Source of the DNA: Fibrobacteria bacterium
Lineage (GTDB): Bacteria > Fibrobacterota > Fibrobacteria > UBA11236 > JADFYW01
Length of the DNA: 64,000 nt
Reading direction: 5' to 3'
NCBI GenBank assembly: GCA_050294405.1
Contig: JBNKOC010000016.1
Location: 224,001 to 288,000 of the forward strand
The translations under genes and the position numbers were made by a program. How positions within the stretch are numbered: the stretch's first letter is position 1; every line of letters starts with the position of its first letter. The notes beneath the pieces are model-generated. The model was given only the letters and a program-made list of their open reading frames with translations. It searched no databases and was not told the origin of the DNA. Below are positions 10,704-20,119 of this stretch, piece by piece.

Positions 10704-11984
10704 TTAAGCCTCTTCGGGTTTTGGGTTATCAAATAACTTTTCGTTTAAGTTCTTTTCCTTTTTTGCCACCAAGCAAGAAACCATAGCATCTCCGGAAATG
10801 TTAACAGCAGTCCTTAACATATCCAGCAATCTGTCTACGCCTAAAATCAGACCTATGCCGGCAACGGGAAGACCCACCTGATGAAAAACCATAGCTAACA
10901 TAATGAGTCCTACACCCGGTACGCCCGCTGTTCCGATAGAAGCTAAAACCGACATTCCAATTACAGTTAAAAAATCCAGCATGCCGAGGGGAATATCATA
11001 TACATGGGCTATAAAAATGGTAGCCACCCCTTGCATTATGGCTGTACCATCCATGTTAATGGTGGCCCCAAAGGGGATGGTAAAGGATGCCGTGGAGGGA
11101 GGTATGCCCAGTTTTTTTTCTGCGGTGACCAGTGAAATGGGAATGGTTGCATTGGAGCTGGCCGTGCTAAAAGCAAATATTTGGGCCGAGCGCATCTTTC
11201 TTAAGAATACTATGGGGTTTAAACCTCCATAAAATTTTAAAATCAGAGGCATGGTAATAAATAGGTGGATAAGCAGGGCGCCTATTACCGTGAAAAAATA
11301 TTTTGCCATAGGTAATATAAGGGAAGGCCCCTGTTCGGCAAAGGTTTTTGCCATAAGGCAAAAGACTCCATAAGGAGCCATTTTCATAATGAAGTCCACC
11401 ATTTTCATCATAACTTCATTGAGGCTCTCATTTATATCCTTAAGTTTGCTGGCTTTGGGACCAAGGGCTAATAAACATGCTCCGAATAAAATGGAAAAAA
11501 ATATGATTTGCAACATTTCTCCATTGGCAAAAGCATTAATAGGATTCCCGGGGATGAGATCAATAAAAACCTGGGAGAGGCTCGGCGCTTCTGAAGGATT
11601 GAAATCAGAGGACCCTTTGGACATGCTAAATCCCACTCCTGGGCGAACAATGGAGGCGAGCCCAAGCGCGGTGCTGATGGCAATGGCAGTTGTAATCAGG
11701 TAATAAAGGAAGGTGCGAAGCCCCACTCTGCCAAGAGCTCTAACATCTTTTAGGCCACAGACGCCACTTATGAGAGAAAAAGTGACCAGGGGCACCACTA
11801 ACATCTTCAGGCATTTTACAAATAAGGCCCCCCCCACATGAAAAACTCCTTTTACCAAATAGCTGTCAATTGCATTGCCAGGTTCAGCTATTGCGTTGAT
11901 GATGCTTCCCAATACAAACCCAAACCCCATCCATATTAAGATGAGACTGGTTAGTGATAATTTTTTGCTTTTTAACTTGCTCAT
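10704..11984 (-). CDS. Dicarboxylate/amino acid:cation symporter (DAACS, GltP/GltPh-like)
   Basis: FSTASSNAT, GATINMDGT, GTAGVPG, DRLLDMLRTAVN. Confidence 0.95.
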   Translation of the reverse strand: MSKLKSKKLSLTSLILIWMGFGFVLGSIINAIAEPGNAIDSYLVKGVFHVGGALFVKCLKMLVVPLVTFSLISGVCGLKDVRALGRVGLRTFLYYLITTAIAISTALGLASIVRPGVGFSMSKGSSDFNPSEAPSLSQVFIDLIPGNPINAFANGEMLQIIFFSILFGACLLALGPKASKLKDINESLNEVMMKMVDFIMKMAPYGVFCLMAKTFAEQGPSLILPMAKYFFTVIGALLIHLFITMPLILKFYGGLNPIVFLRKMRSAQIFAFSTASSNATIPISLVTAEKKLGIPPSTASFTIPFGATINMDGTAIMQGVATIFIAHVYDIPLGMLDFLTVIGMSVLASIGTAGVPGVGLIMLAMVFHQVGLPVAGIGLILGVDRLLDMLRTAVNISGDAMVSCLVAKKEKNLNEKLFDNPKPEEA

Positions 11985-12061
11985 AAAAGGGCCTCTCGAT
12001 TCCTTGGAGTATGCCCTTTTATATTTAAAAAAAATGCTCTATCTTGTGGAAATTATTAGGG

Positions 12062-12613
12062 CTAAGGGATTAGTTTTACCTGGTTTCGCCATGGGGAATT
12101 GCGAGGTATCTTTCTGCCTGACAGGCTGTAGGCCTTGGCATCTTTAGGAAAGATCCAATCAGGAGCTATGTTAACAATAGCCGTCGAAATAACAGTATAT
12201 TCAAATTGAATTCCATTATTAGCTGTTGCGTGCAGCACCAAGCCATATGTAACAGTTGGTGTGGTCACAATAAATTTTTTCCCCTCTACATCGTTGGCTA
12301 TGTTAGGGTTGCTGCTGCAATTGTCGATGATAAAAAATAAAGAAGCGGCTGCTTCAGGGTCTTTTTCCACTTTTGCTTTGTTTGTATCTGGACTGTATAA
12401 ATCACCCTCCAGAATTCGGTTGGGGCAGGGGCTGCGCAGCTCCGTGCGGTATTCCAAATCAAAACCAAGTTGGGGGAACCCCAATGTAACAGACTCGGAT
12501 TCTGGAGCGGAAAGTGTTATGGTTGTGTCCAGAGCAAGTTGGCTAAAGCCAGTTGCGCATAAGAGATAAGCGAAGGCCAGCAAAAAAATTTTAACATTCA
12601 TAATACATCCCAT
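12062..12613 (-). CDS. Hypothetical secreted protein with short basic T9SS-like tail
   Basis: Signal peptide (KIFLLAFAYLLCATGFS-Q); C-terminal AYSLSGRKI motif. Confidence 0.65.
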   Translation of the reverse strand: MGCIMNVKIFLLAFAYLLCATGFSQLALDTTITLSAPESESVTLGFPQLGFDLEYRTELRSPCPNRILEGDLYSPDTNKAKVEKDPEAAASLFFIIDNCSSNPNIANDVEGKKFIVTTPTVTYGLVLHATANNGIQFEYTVISTAIVNIAPDWIFPKDAKAYSLSGRKIPRNSPWRNQVKLIP

Positions 12614-12752
12614 TTTAAAATTTTCCCCGGCGATTTACTCCAATATAAATATTTTTCGGATATCCGGGAAAAAGTTTAGGGGACCTCTTCCGACGCCTCG
12701 CCTGATGCCGCGATCATCAATTTTTAGACCCCCTTAAATAGGGGATTCGGCT

Positions 12753-13619
12753 TTACTCAGGCAAAAAATTTAAAGTGGTGCACTCTGGAGAAAAGCCAGC
12801 CTTATAGGCCAAATTGAAAAACAAAATCAGGGATTTTTCATGATTGGGAGTGAGACGGTAATCCGCACTTTCAAAAAAGGCCACCTGAGCGTGGTGGGGA
12901 AGCCTTATGGGATAAATTTTGTTCCAATTTTCGATGGCCTCATCTAAATTCGAAAGGAAATTTTCCTTTGATTTTTCCAGGGTACTCAAAAAAGAGCTGA
13001 TTTTTTGGGCCTTTTTTTGAGCGCTTTCTTTTCGGACAATCCACAGCCCAAAGGAAAAGGGAAGCCCCTGCCATTTGTACCACTCTTCAGCCAAATCATA
13101 GCAATAATTCCAATTCCCGTGGTAGGAGGATTGGAGGGCTTCATTTCCAATGGCCACGGTACCCACAGGAGAGTCGTCTCCGTTAATAACGGGTTTCACT
13201 TGATAATAGTTAGAACACAGCAATTGGAAAAGGACATTGCTGGTGGCTGACGCCGGGGATAACAGCACATTTCGTCCGCTGATATTTTGAAAGGGCACGT
13301 TGGATAAAAATAAAACAGATTTAATTTTGCTGCGGCCCCCAGTGGAATAATTGGGAACGATATAATAGTCCTCGGAATTTCGCGCGTATTCAATGCAGGA
13401 AGATGGCGCGCAGTCGATTTCACCGCTTCTTAATTGGTCGTTGAGTTCCTTGGGGGAGCCATCTTTAAAATCCAAATCTCCGTTATTTATAACTTCTTCG
13501 CCGTAATAAGGCGCGCATACCAAATAGGGGATACGACCCACTACTAAGTTGGAAGTTTCCCTGGCACTGGGAACGGTTTTTTTATCAAATTGGCTTACCG
13601 AAGATATCATAAGAAACAA
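12753..13619 (-). CDS. mqnA: Chorismate dehydratase (futalosine menaquinone pathway), MqnA family
   Basis: GRIPYL, PKELN...GEIDCA, SVL, SATS, IGNEAL, DLAEEW...GLPFSFGLW; start uncertain. Confidence 0.82.
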   Translation of the reverse strand: MFLMISSVSQFDKKTVPSARETSNLVVGRIPYLVCAPYYGEEVINNGDLDFKDGSPKELNDQLRSGEIDCAPSSCIEYARNSEDYYIVPNYSTGGRSKIKSVLFLSNVPFQNISGRNVLLSPASATSNVLFQLLCSNYYQVKPVINGDDSPVGTVAIGNEALQSSYHGNWNYCYDLAEEWYKWQGLPFSFGLWIVRKESAQKKAQKISSFLSTLEKSKENFLSNLDEAIENWNKIYPIRLPHHAQVAFFESADYRLTPNHEKSLILFFNLAYKAGFSPECTTLNFLPE

Positions 13620-13658
13620 AAAATATTTATCCTCAAAGGAAAGTCTAGGGCAGTGGAG

Positions 13659-14555
13659 TTATTTTGCAAATTTTTTAATGATGGATAGGGCGGAATTACC
13701 ATATCCTCCACCAAATAACCAGTAATGGTTTAAAAGGTGATACAATTGATAGAGAGGAACCCGGTCTTTCCAATTTTTTTCCAAAGGGAATTCTTCTTCA
13801 TAAGCCTCAAAGACCCTGGAGCCAAAACCTCTAAATAACAACATCATGCCCAGTTCGGCCTCCCTATGGGCATAATAACAGGCAGGATCAAAAATAGCCG
13901 GGCCTTTAGTTGTGGGGGCAGCATTTCCCGACCATAAATCCCCATGAATTAGGGAAGGGCTGGCATCGGTTTCTAGCTGGAGTTGTACGGCCCTTTTAAA
14001 AAGCTCAAACTGTTGGTTTTGGGATTTGGATATGGAGCCTCTCTTTAACAATTTGTCCCAGAGAAACTGTAACCTGTTTTCCAGATAAAAATGGCGCCAG
14101 CTTTTGTGCCTATCATTTTTTTGGGGAGTGCTTCCGCAAAAGTTATCTGCTTCAAATCCGAAAGAAGCATGGGTGTTTTTGTGCAATTGAGCAAGACCTC
14201 TTCCTAAATTTTCTTCATACTTTTGCTGGGAGGAAATAAAATCCAGATGTTCTAAAAGCAAATAGGAATAGCCACCCGCTGTTCCAACGGAAAGGCAATC
14301 GGGAATGGCAAGGGAGCTATTGGCCTTTCTCAAGGCGCTAAGACCTTTTTTTTCCGCCTCAAACATGGCGATTTTTGAGACCTGATTCCATTTTATAAAA
14401 ACATCGTTTGTGTTGGATTTTAACCGCGCCGCTTCATTGATGCTGCCCCCTGAAAGGGGTTCAATGGCTTCAATTTTATATTGGGAACCGAAAATTTGGG
14501 AGAGTTCTTTTTCCACCTCCGAAAGCCATGTATATGCCCCCGAGGAATTTATCAT
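13659..14555 (-). CDS. Fructosamine kinase family protein
   Basis: GGSIN, MFEAEKKGL, PSLIHGDLWSGN, FDPACYYAHREAEL, YQLYHLLNH. Confidence 0.93.
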   Translation of the reverse strand: MINSSGAYTWLSEVEKELSQIFGSQYKIEAIEPLSGGSINEAARLKSNTNDVFIKWNQVSKIAMFEAEKKGLSALRKANSSLAIPDCLSVGTAGGYSYLLLEHLDFISSQQKYEENLGRGLAQLHKNTHASFGFEADNFCGSTPQKNDRHKSWRHFYLENRLQFLWDKLLKRGSISKSQNQQFELFKRAVQLQLETDASPSLIHGDLWSGNAAPTTKGPAIFDPACYYAHREAELGMMLLFRGFGSRVFEAYEEEFPLEKNWKDRVPLYQLYHLLNHYWLFGGGYGNSALSIIKKFAK

Positions 14556-14558
14556 AAG

Positions 14559-15032
14559 CTATTTTGTGTTTTCCAGATGTTGGATTAAGTTTTCGCAGCA
14601 TACATCCAACATATCATAAACCTGATTAAAGGCATTCCCCCCGTTATAATAAGGGTCTGGCACGCTTTGGCCGATATGAGGTTCTACATCAAAATCCCGC
14701 ATCATTTGCAGTTTTTCAAAATCAACAGGATCGCACATGCGTTTAATGTCTCGGTAGTTGGAAGAGTCCATGGCCAATATAATATCAAAGTCCTTAATGT
14801 CTTTTAACATAAATTGCCGGGAAACCCCAGGCAGCTCCACCCCGTGTTCCGCAGCGATTTCCAGGGAGCGGGGGTCAGGTCTTTCGCCAACATGCCAGGC
14901 ACCCGTGCCAGCGCTATCCACTTCGTATTTATGCAGTATATTTTTTTGTTTGAGCTTGTGGATAAAAATACCCTCGGCCAGAGGACTTCTGCAAATGTTA
15001 CCAGCGCAAACGAAAATGACTTTTTTTACCAT
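14559..15032 (-). CDS. Low molecular weight protein-tyrosine phosphatase
   Basis: FVCAGNICRS P-loop, DSAGT, DPYY. Confidence 0.95.
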   Translation of the reverse strand: MVKKVIFVCAGNICRSPLAEGIFIHKLKQKNILHKYEVDSAGTGAWHVGERPDPRSLEIAAEHGVELPGVSRQFMLKDIKDFDIILAMDSSNYRDIKRMCDPVDFEKLQMMRDFDVEPHIGQSVPDPYYNGGNAFNQVYDMLDVCCENLIQHLENTK

Positions 15033-15083
15033 ATCCCTGAATAATTTAAGGAAAAAAAATACTTTTTAAACCTAAGAATCCTA

Positions 15084-15869
15084 ATGTTTTACTTAAAAAT
15101 AAACCCTGCCCAAAAAATTCCCATCGTATATTTGCATGGTTTTTTGGGACATCATAAAAACTGGCTATCCGTGGCGAAGCGCATAGATAAAGGGGATGGG
15201 GCCTATTTGCTTGACTTTCGCAATCACGGCAAATCTCCTTACTTTGACAGCCATAGCTATTGGGATTTGGCCGAAGATTTACTGGATTTTTTAAAACAGC
15301 AATCTATATCCCGTTGCCATTTGGTGGGACATAGTATGGGAGGAAAAGTGGCTTTGCTGGCCGCGCTTCGCTTTCCAGAGCTTATTGAAAAAATGGTGGT
15401 TTTAGAAATAAGCCCTTGGAATAAGCGTCCTCCATTAAAGATTGTGCACTCCATGAGCAAATACCCTCTGGAACAGTCCAAAAATTTTGAGCAAATAAAA
15501 AACGATTTTTTGCAAATGGGGTTTCAAAAGGAATGGGCTCAATATTTGGCGACTACCATTAAAAAAAATGAAGATGGGAAATTCAGTTGGAATTTAAATC
15601 TGCAAATATTGAAAAAATACCAGGAGCATATTCTGGGGTATCAGGTTCCCTTTGAAATTGGAAACCGTCTTCCCGTTCTGTTTATCCGTTCTTACAAATC
15701 CCAATATTTATCCCATGAAGACAATCAAAGACTAAAATCCATTTTTCCCAATGCCCAATTCCGATTATTGCCAGTGGAAGGCCATAACCCCCATATGGAA
15801 TATCCCGAATTGATTGCTAATATTCTTAACAGCTATTTGCGAAGTCCCCGAGCGGGAAGGAAGGATTAA
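15084..15869 (+). CDS. Alpha/beta hydrolase (YbfF-like esterase)
   Basis: HGFLG, DFRNHG, GHSMGG nucleophile elbow, GHNPH. Confidence 0.9.
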   Translation: MFYLKINPAQKIPIVYLHGFLGHHKNWLSVAKRIDKGDGAYLLDFRNHGKSPYFDSHSYWDLAEDLLDFLKQQSISRCHLVGHSMGGKVALLAALRFPELIEKMVVLEISPWNKRPPLKIVHSMSKYPLEQSKNFEQIKNDFLQMGFQKEWAQYLATTIKKNEDGKFSWNLNLQILKKYQEHILGYQVPFEIGNRLPVLFIRSYKSQYLSHEDNQRLKSIFPNAQFRLLPVEGHNPHMEYPELIANILNSYLRSPRAGRKD

Positions 15870-15870
15870 C

Positions 15871-17565
15871 ATGGAAGCGCAAAATAAAATTAAAAACCGG
15901 TTAAATAAATTATTTCCCAAGAATGTTGCTGAACAGCTAAGTGGGGATATTGTAAAGCTGGCTAAATCTTATAATTCAAATAGCAATTCCAGTTGGAGCT
16001 TTAGTGAAAAAGACGCTTTGCTAATTTGTTATGGGGATTCCCTGAAAGATAAAGGACGGGCTCCCCTGGAAAGTTTAACCGGCTTTTACAATCAAAAACT
16101 AAAAGGGGCATTTAACTACATTCATATTCTTCCCTTTTATCCCTATACATCTGACGATGGCTTTTCGGTTGTGGATTACAGAGAAGTGAATCCTGAACTG
16201 GGTAACTGGGAGCATATTCAGGCTTTGGGAAAAAACTGCAATTTGGTTTTTGATGCGGTCATCAACCATGTATCCGCCTCTTCAAAGTATATGATTGGCC
16301 AATGCCAGGGAGATCCCCAATATGAAGATTTTATTGTAACCAGCTCTCCTGATGTGGATTTGTCTTCTGTAACCCGTCCCCGGAATCTGCCCTTGCTACA
16401 TGAATTTGAAACCCACGCAGGCCCCAAATGGTTTTGGACTACTTTCAGCCGAGACCAAGTGGATTTGAATTTCCGAAATCCTAAGGTATTGCTGGAAATA
16501 TTGGATGTTTTGTTATTCTATGCCAAAATGGGAGCTAAAATGATTCGTCTGGATGCCGTTCCTTTTGTTTGGAAGGTAATAGGCACTAGCTGTTCTCATT
16601 TACCGGAAAATCACGAAATTGTAAAGCTTATCCGGGATGTATTTAATCTGGCTTTTCCAGAAATGATTTTGCTTTCGGAAACCAATGTGCCTCACCATGA
16701 AAATCTGGCCTATTTTGGCGACGGGAGTGACGAGGCCCAAATGATATATAATTTTACCCTGGCCCCTCTTATTGCCTATTCCATATTAACATCAAATTGC
16801 CAAACATTTGCTAAATGGGCCGCCGGGCTGGAGCAAATCAGCGAGCAAACCACTTTTTTAAATATAACAGCTACCCACGACGGATTGGGAGTGCGTCCCC
16901 TGGAAGGAATTCTTCCTCCAGAAGAGGTTGGGATTTTGGTAAAAAGGACTCTGGATAATGGAGGAAAAATCGGGGAAAAGAAAAATCCCGATGGAAGCGT
17001 AAGCCCCTATGAACTGAACATAACTTATTTCGATTTGCTGAACTCTGCGGAGGATAAGAATAACCTGGACTTATGTTATGATAAATTTTTATTGTCACAG
17101 GTTGTTCCCCTAAGTTTTATGGGAATGCCAGGCGTTTACATTCAAAGCTTATTTGCTTGTGAAAACGACTATGAAGGTTACGCCAAAACCAATATGCCCC
17201 GCAGTTTGAATCGGAAAAAATGGGATTATTCCGAGGCGTTAAGCAGACTTGAGAAAGATGAGCACTGTTCCCGTTTCTTTGGGAAATTCAGGGCTTTGTT
17301 ATTGTTAAGAGGAAAACAAAAAGCCTTCCACCCATTATCACAGCAAGAAATATTAAACAGTCCTAAAGAAATTTTTGCGCTGAAAAGAATTGGAGATTCC
17401 GGCCAAACTATTCTAGCAGTTCATAATGTAAGCGCTCAAAATCAGATTTGGAAAGGCCCTTCAGATTATAAAGGGACGGATATTATTTCTGGTAAGGAAA
17501 TGGATGTAAGCAATCTATCATTGAGTCCTTATCAGTTTTTTTGGATTGAACTAGATTTAATTTAG
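15871..17565 (+). CDS. GH13_18 sugar phosphorylase, probably glucosylglycerate phosphorylase (YcjM-like)
   Basis: HILPFYPYTSDDGFSV, WTTFSRDQVDLN, RLDAV, ETNVPH, THDG, PYELNITY; ATG 15871. Confidence 0.88.
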   Translation: MEAQNKIKNRLNKLFPKNVAEQLSGDIVKLAKSYNSNSNSSWSFSEKDALLICYGDSLKDKGRAPLESLTGFYNQKLKGAFNYIHILPFYPYTSDDGFSVVDYREVNPELGNWEHIQALGKNCNLVFDAVINHVSASSKYMIGQCQGDPQYEDFIVTSSPDVDLSSVTRPRNLPLLHEFETHAGPKWFWTTFSRDQVDLNFRNPKVLLEILDVLLFYAKMGAKMIRLDAVPFVWKVIGTSCSHLPENHEIVKLIRDVFNLAFPEMILLSETNVPHHENLAYFGDGSDEAQMIYNFTLAPLIAYSILTSNCQTFAKWAAGLEQISEQTTFLNITATHDGLGVRPLEGILPPEEVGILVKRTLDNGGKIGEKKNPDGSVSPYELNITYFDLLNSAEDKNNLDLCYDKFLLSQVVPLSFMGMPGVYIQSLFACENDYEGYAKTNMPRSLNRKKWDYSEALSRLEKDEHCSRFFGKFRALLLLRGKQKAFHPLSQQEILNSPKEIFALKRIGDSGQTILAVHNVSAQNQIWKGPSDYKGTDIISGKEMDVSNLSLSPYQFFWIELDLI

Positions 17566-18276
17566 GCTTAAGCCCTTTTTAAAATCCGCGGGAAATACCG
17601 TATCCTTGGGGTTGGATATATATATTCGACTCAGACCCTCTTCGGCCTCCAGGAGCAATTCCCATTTTTGTTCGCCTTTGCTACTGTCTAATCGGTTTAA
17701 CTCTATTTTCGCTTTTACATTATCGTAGCGGTTTAAAAATTGAATTTGATGTAACTCTTGGCTACTGTCTGTGGCGCAAGCTGTTATAAATTCTTCATAG
17801 TCGGGAAAAGGGTTTAAATATTTATAACAATTCATGTTTTCTTTGTTATAGGATTCCACAAACTTAAGGGAGTCGTTTAACATGGGAAGTAAAAAGAAGT
17901 ATTTGTAGGAATAGCCGTTGTAATTAATGGGTTCCACAAACTGATGCCGGGATTTTTTGCGGAGTCTGCCCATGGGCTCGTCCAGTGTCCATATATCCTG
18001 CCCATGGCGTTTAAAGAGAATTTTTTTATGGGGAAAAAGAGGGGCTTTGTTGTATTCCAGCCCAATGGCAGAGGCGTTTTTGTTTACAAACAGCTTATAT
18101 CTGAATTCGATATTTTTTTTGTTTTCCGGTTCAAAAATTTCCTTTACCTTTACAATGGTTCCGTTGGGGAAGATTGGGCTAAAAGCCTTTTCCAGCGAAA
18201 AATCCGGCGGGTCAGCACAAATAAACTGGGGGCAAAAACATAAGAACAGCCCAAAAAGAAGCTTAAATTTTTCCAC
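17557..18276 (-). CDS. Secreted protein, possibly outer-membrane lipoprotein-sorting (LolA-like/DUF1329) fold
   Basis: Signal peptide; IWTLDEPMGRLRK...GYSYKYF resembles the family motif. Confidence 0.5.
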   Translation of the reverse strand: MEKFKLLFGLFLCFCPQFICADPPDFSLEKAFSPIFPNGTIVKVKEIFEPENKKNIEFRYKLFVNKNASAIGLEYNKAPLFPHKKILFKRHGQDIWTLDEPMGRLRKKSRHQFVEPINYNGYSYKYFFLLPMLNDSLKFVESYNKENMNCYKYLNPFPDYEEFITACATDSSQELHQIQFLNRYDNVKAKIELNRLDSSKGEQKWELLLEAEEGLSRIYISNPKDTVFPADFKKGLSLN

Positions 18277-18285
18277 CCTTTTAAA

Positions 18286-18834
18286 TTAAAAAAGTTGGGA
18301 GAGGGATGGGTCTTTGAATTTTTTTATTTCCTCAAGGCTTAAACCTTTGAGTTCATGGGGAAAAACAATCCAATTATCTGTGCTATAGAGGTAAAAATCG
18401 GGAACCAGGTTAGTTTGGTTTTTGGAGGGTTTGTAATACAAAGTGGCTGTTTTAATTTCCTTAGGGGCATTTTTCCTGGATTTTTCCCTTATGTTATGGA
18501 TGACGGCTCTTAAAGTAATCCCGCTGTCAAACACATCGTCCACAATTAATAGTTTATTTTCAGCATTAGCCCTTTCCACAATATAATCCAGCCCATGGAT
18601 ACGGATGGAATTTTGGGCCTCCATTCCTTCGTAGCGACTGGTTCGAATAGCGATATGATCTGAAGGATAGCCTTTGTAATCCAAAAACTCCTGAATGGTA
18701 AGTCCAATAGGGCTGCCGCCCCTCCAAAGGGCTACAATAAAATCAGGTTTAAAATCAGAATCCAAAATTTTTTTGGCCAAAAGAAAAGAATCTTTCATTA
18801 GGCCTTCAAAACTGAGAAATAGTTTTTCGCTCAT
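18286..18834 (-). CDS. Purine (hypoxanthine/xanthine-guanine) phosphoribosyltransferase
   Basis: ALWRGG, LLIVDDVFDSGIT PRPP loop, WIVFPHE; ATG 18834. Confidence 0.88.
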   Translation of the reverse strand: MSEKLFLSFEGLMKDSFLLAKKILDSDFKPDFIVALWRGGSPIGLTIQEFLDYKGYPSDHIAIRTSRYEGMEAQNSIRIHGLDYIVERANAENKLLIVDDVFDSGITLRAVIHNIREKSRKNAPKEIKTATLYYKPSKNQTNLVPDFYLYSTDNWIVFPHELKGLSLEEIKKFKDPSLSQLF

Positions 18835-18838
18835 TTTT

Positions 18839-20104
18839 TTAGGAGGTTTTTGTTTGTAATAAACTTTCCAAATTGCGTATCCCTCCACGGATGTCATTGC
18901 CAGATGGGCTTTGAAAAACCCTTAGGTCGAATTCCGGAAGGATAGCCAATAAATGGTCGAAAATATCTGCCTGTATACCTTCGTAGTTAACCCAAGCGTT
19001 GTCGTTAGTGAAAACATAAATTTCTAAAGGCAAGCCGTGGGGACCAGGTTCCAACTGGCGGATTAAAAAAGTCATCCCCATATGGATTTTGGGGTTTTGC
19101 CTTAAATAGCTTTCCACATATGCTCGAAAGGTTCCAATGTTTGTAAGCCTTCTTAAATTGGGAGGAATTAAGTCTTCTTTGGCAATACTGTTGTTGCTTA
19201 AATCTATTTCGGGGATTTTCTTTTCCAGATATTTTTTTAAAGGAACAAGTTTTTTGTATTTATCAATGTCCTCCACGGTGCAAAAGCGAATGGTATTCAT
19301 ATCGATATATATGGAACGCTTAATTCGCCTGCCGCCGGATTCGGACATTCCGCGCCAGTTTTTAAATGAATCACTTACAAGGGAATAGGTGGGAATGGTG
19401 GTTATGGTTTTATCCCAATTTTGGACTTTAACCGTAGTGAGGGCCACTTCAATAATATTGCCATCTGCTCCATATTTGGGCATTTCAATCCAGTCGCCAA
19501 TTTTAACCATTTTGTTGGAACTCAACTGAATGCCCGCAACCAAACCCAAAATGGAGTCTTTGAATACTAACAGTAAAATGGCGCTCATTGCCCCTAGTCC
19601 ACTCAAAAATTTCCAGGGGGATTTGTCCATGAGGTTAGTGATAACAAATATGATACCCAGAGAGATAACCAGAATTTTGGCTACCTGCATGTATCCTTTA
19701 ATGGGGCGTCGCTGGCTAATTTCCAGGGTATTGTAGTAATCACTGGTGGCGTTTAAAAAACTGTTCAAGGCGAAAATGGCCATCACAGACATATAAGAAA
19801 GGGAAAACCTTTGAATCCATTCCTGAAACAAAGGCATAGCAGGGGCTAGCATGTAACTGATTATGGCCGGCGTAATATGGGCGGCCCATCCAAAGACCCT
19901 ATGCTGAATAAGAGCATCGTCAAATTCGTTTTTAGAGCGGCTGGCTGCAAATACAAGGGCTTGCAAAAAGATTTTGCGAGTGATGTAATGGCCAGCTATG
20001 CTGAAAATTACGATACCAAGACCTGCTATTACATAGGTTACCAGGCTTGGGTTTTCTAATCCAGGGAAAAGTTGGCTGATGGTTTTCGCTAATGTTTCGT
20101 GCAT
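18839..20104 (-). CDS. Mechanosensitive channel, MscS family (YbdG/MscM-like)
   Basis: FKDSILGLVAGIQLS, GDWIEMPKYGADG, VKVQNWDKTITTIP, SGGRRIKR. Confidence 0.93.
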   Translation of the reverse strand: MHETLAKTISQLFPGLENPSLVTYVIAGLGIVIFSIAGHYITRKIFLQALVFAASRSKNEFDDALIQHRVFGWAAHITPAIISYMLAPAMPLFQEWIQRFSLSYMSVMAIFALNSFLNATSDYYNTLEISQRRPIKGYMQVAKILVISLGIIFVITNLMDKSPWKFLSGLGAMSAILLLVFKDSILGLVAGIQLSSNKMVKIGDWIEMPKYGADGNIIEVALTTVKVQNWDKTITTIPTYSLVSDSFKNWRGMSESGGRRIKRSIYIDMNTIRFCTVEDIDKYKKLVPLKKYLEKKIPEIDLSNNSIAKEDLIPPNLRRLTNIGTFRAYVESYLRQNPKIHMGMTFLIRQLEPGPHGLPLEIYVFTNDNAWVNYEGIQADIFDHLLAILPEFDLRVFQSPSGNDIRGGIRNLESLLQTKTS

Positions 20105-20119
20105 GTTAGCCTAGGTCTC

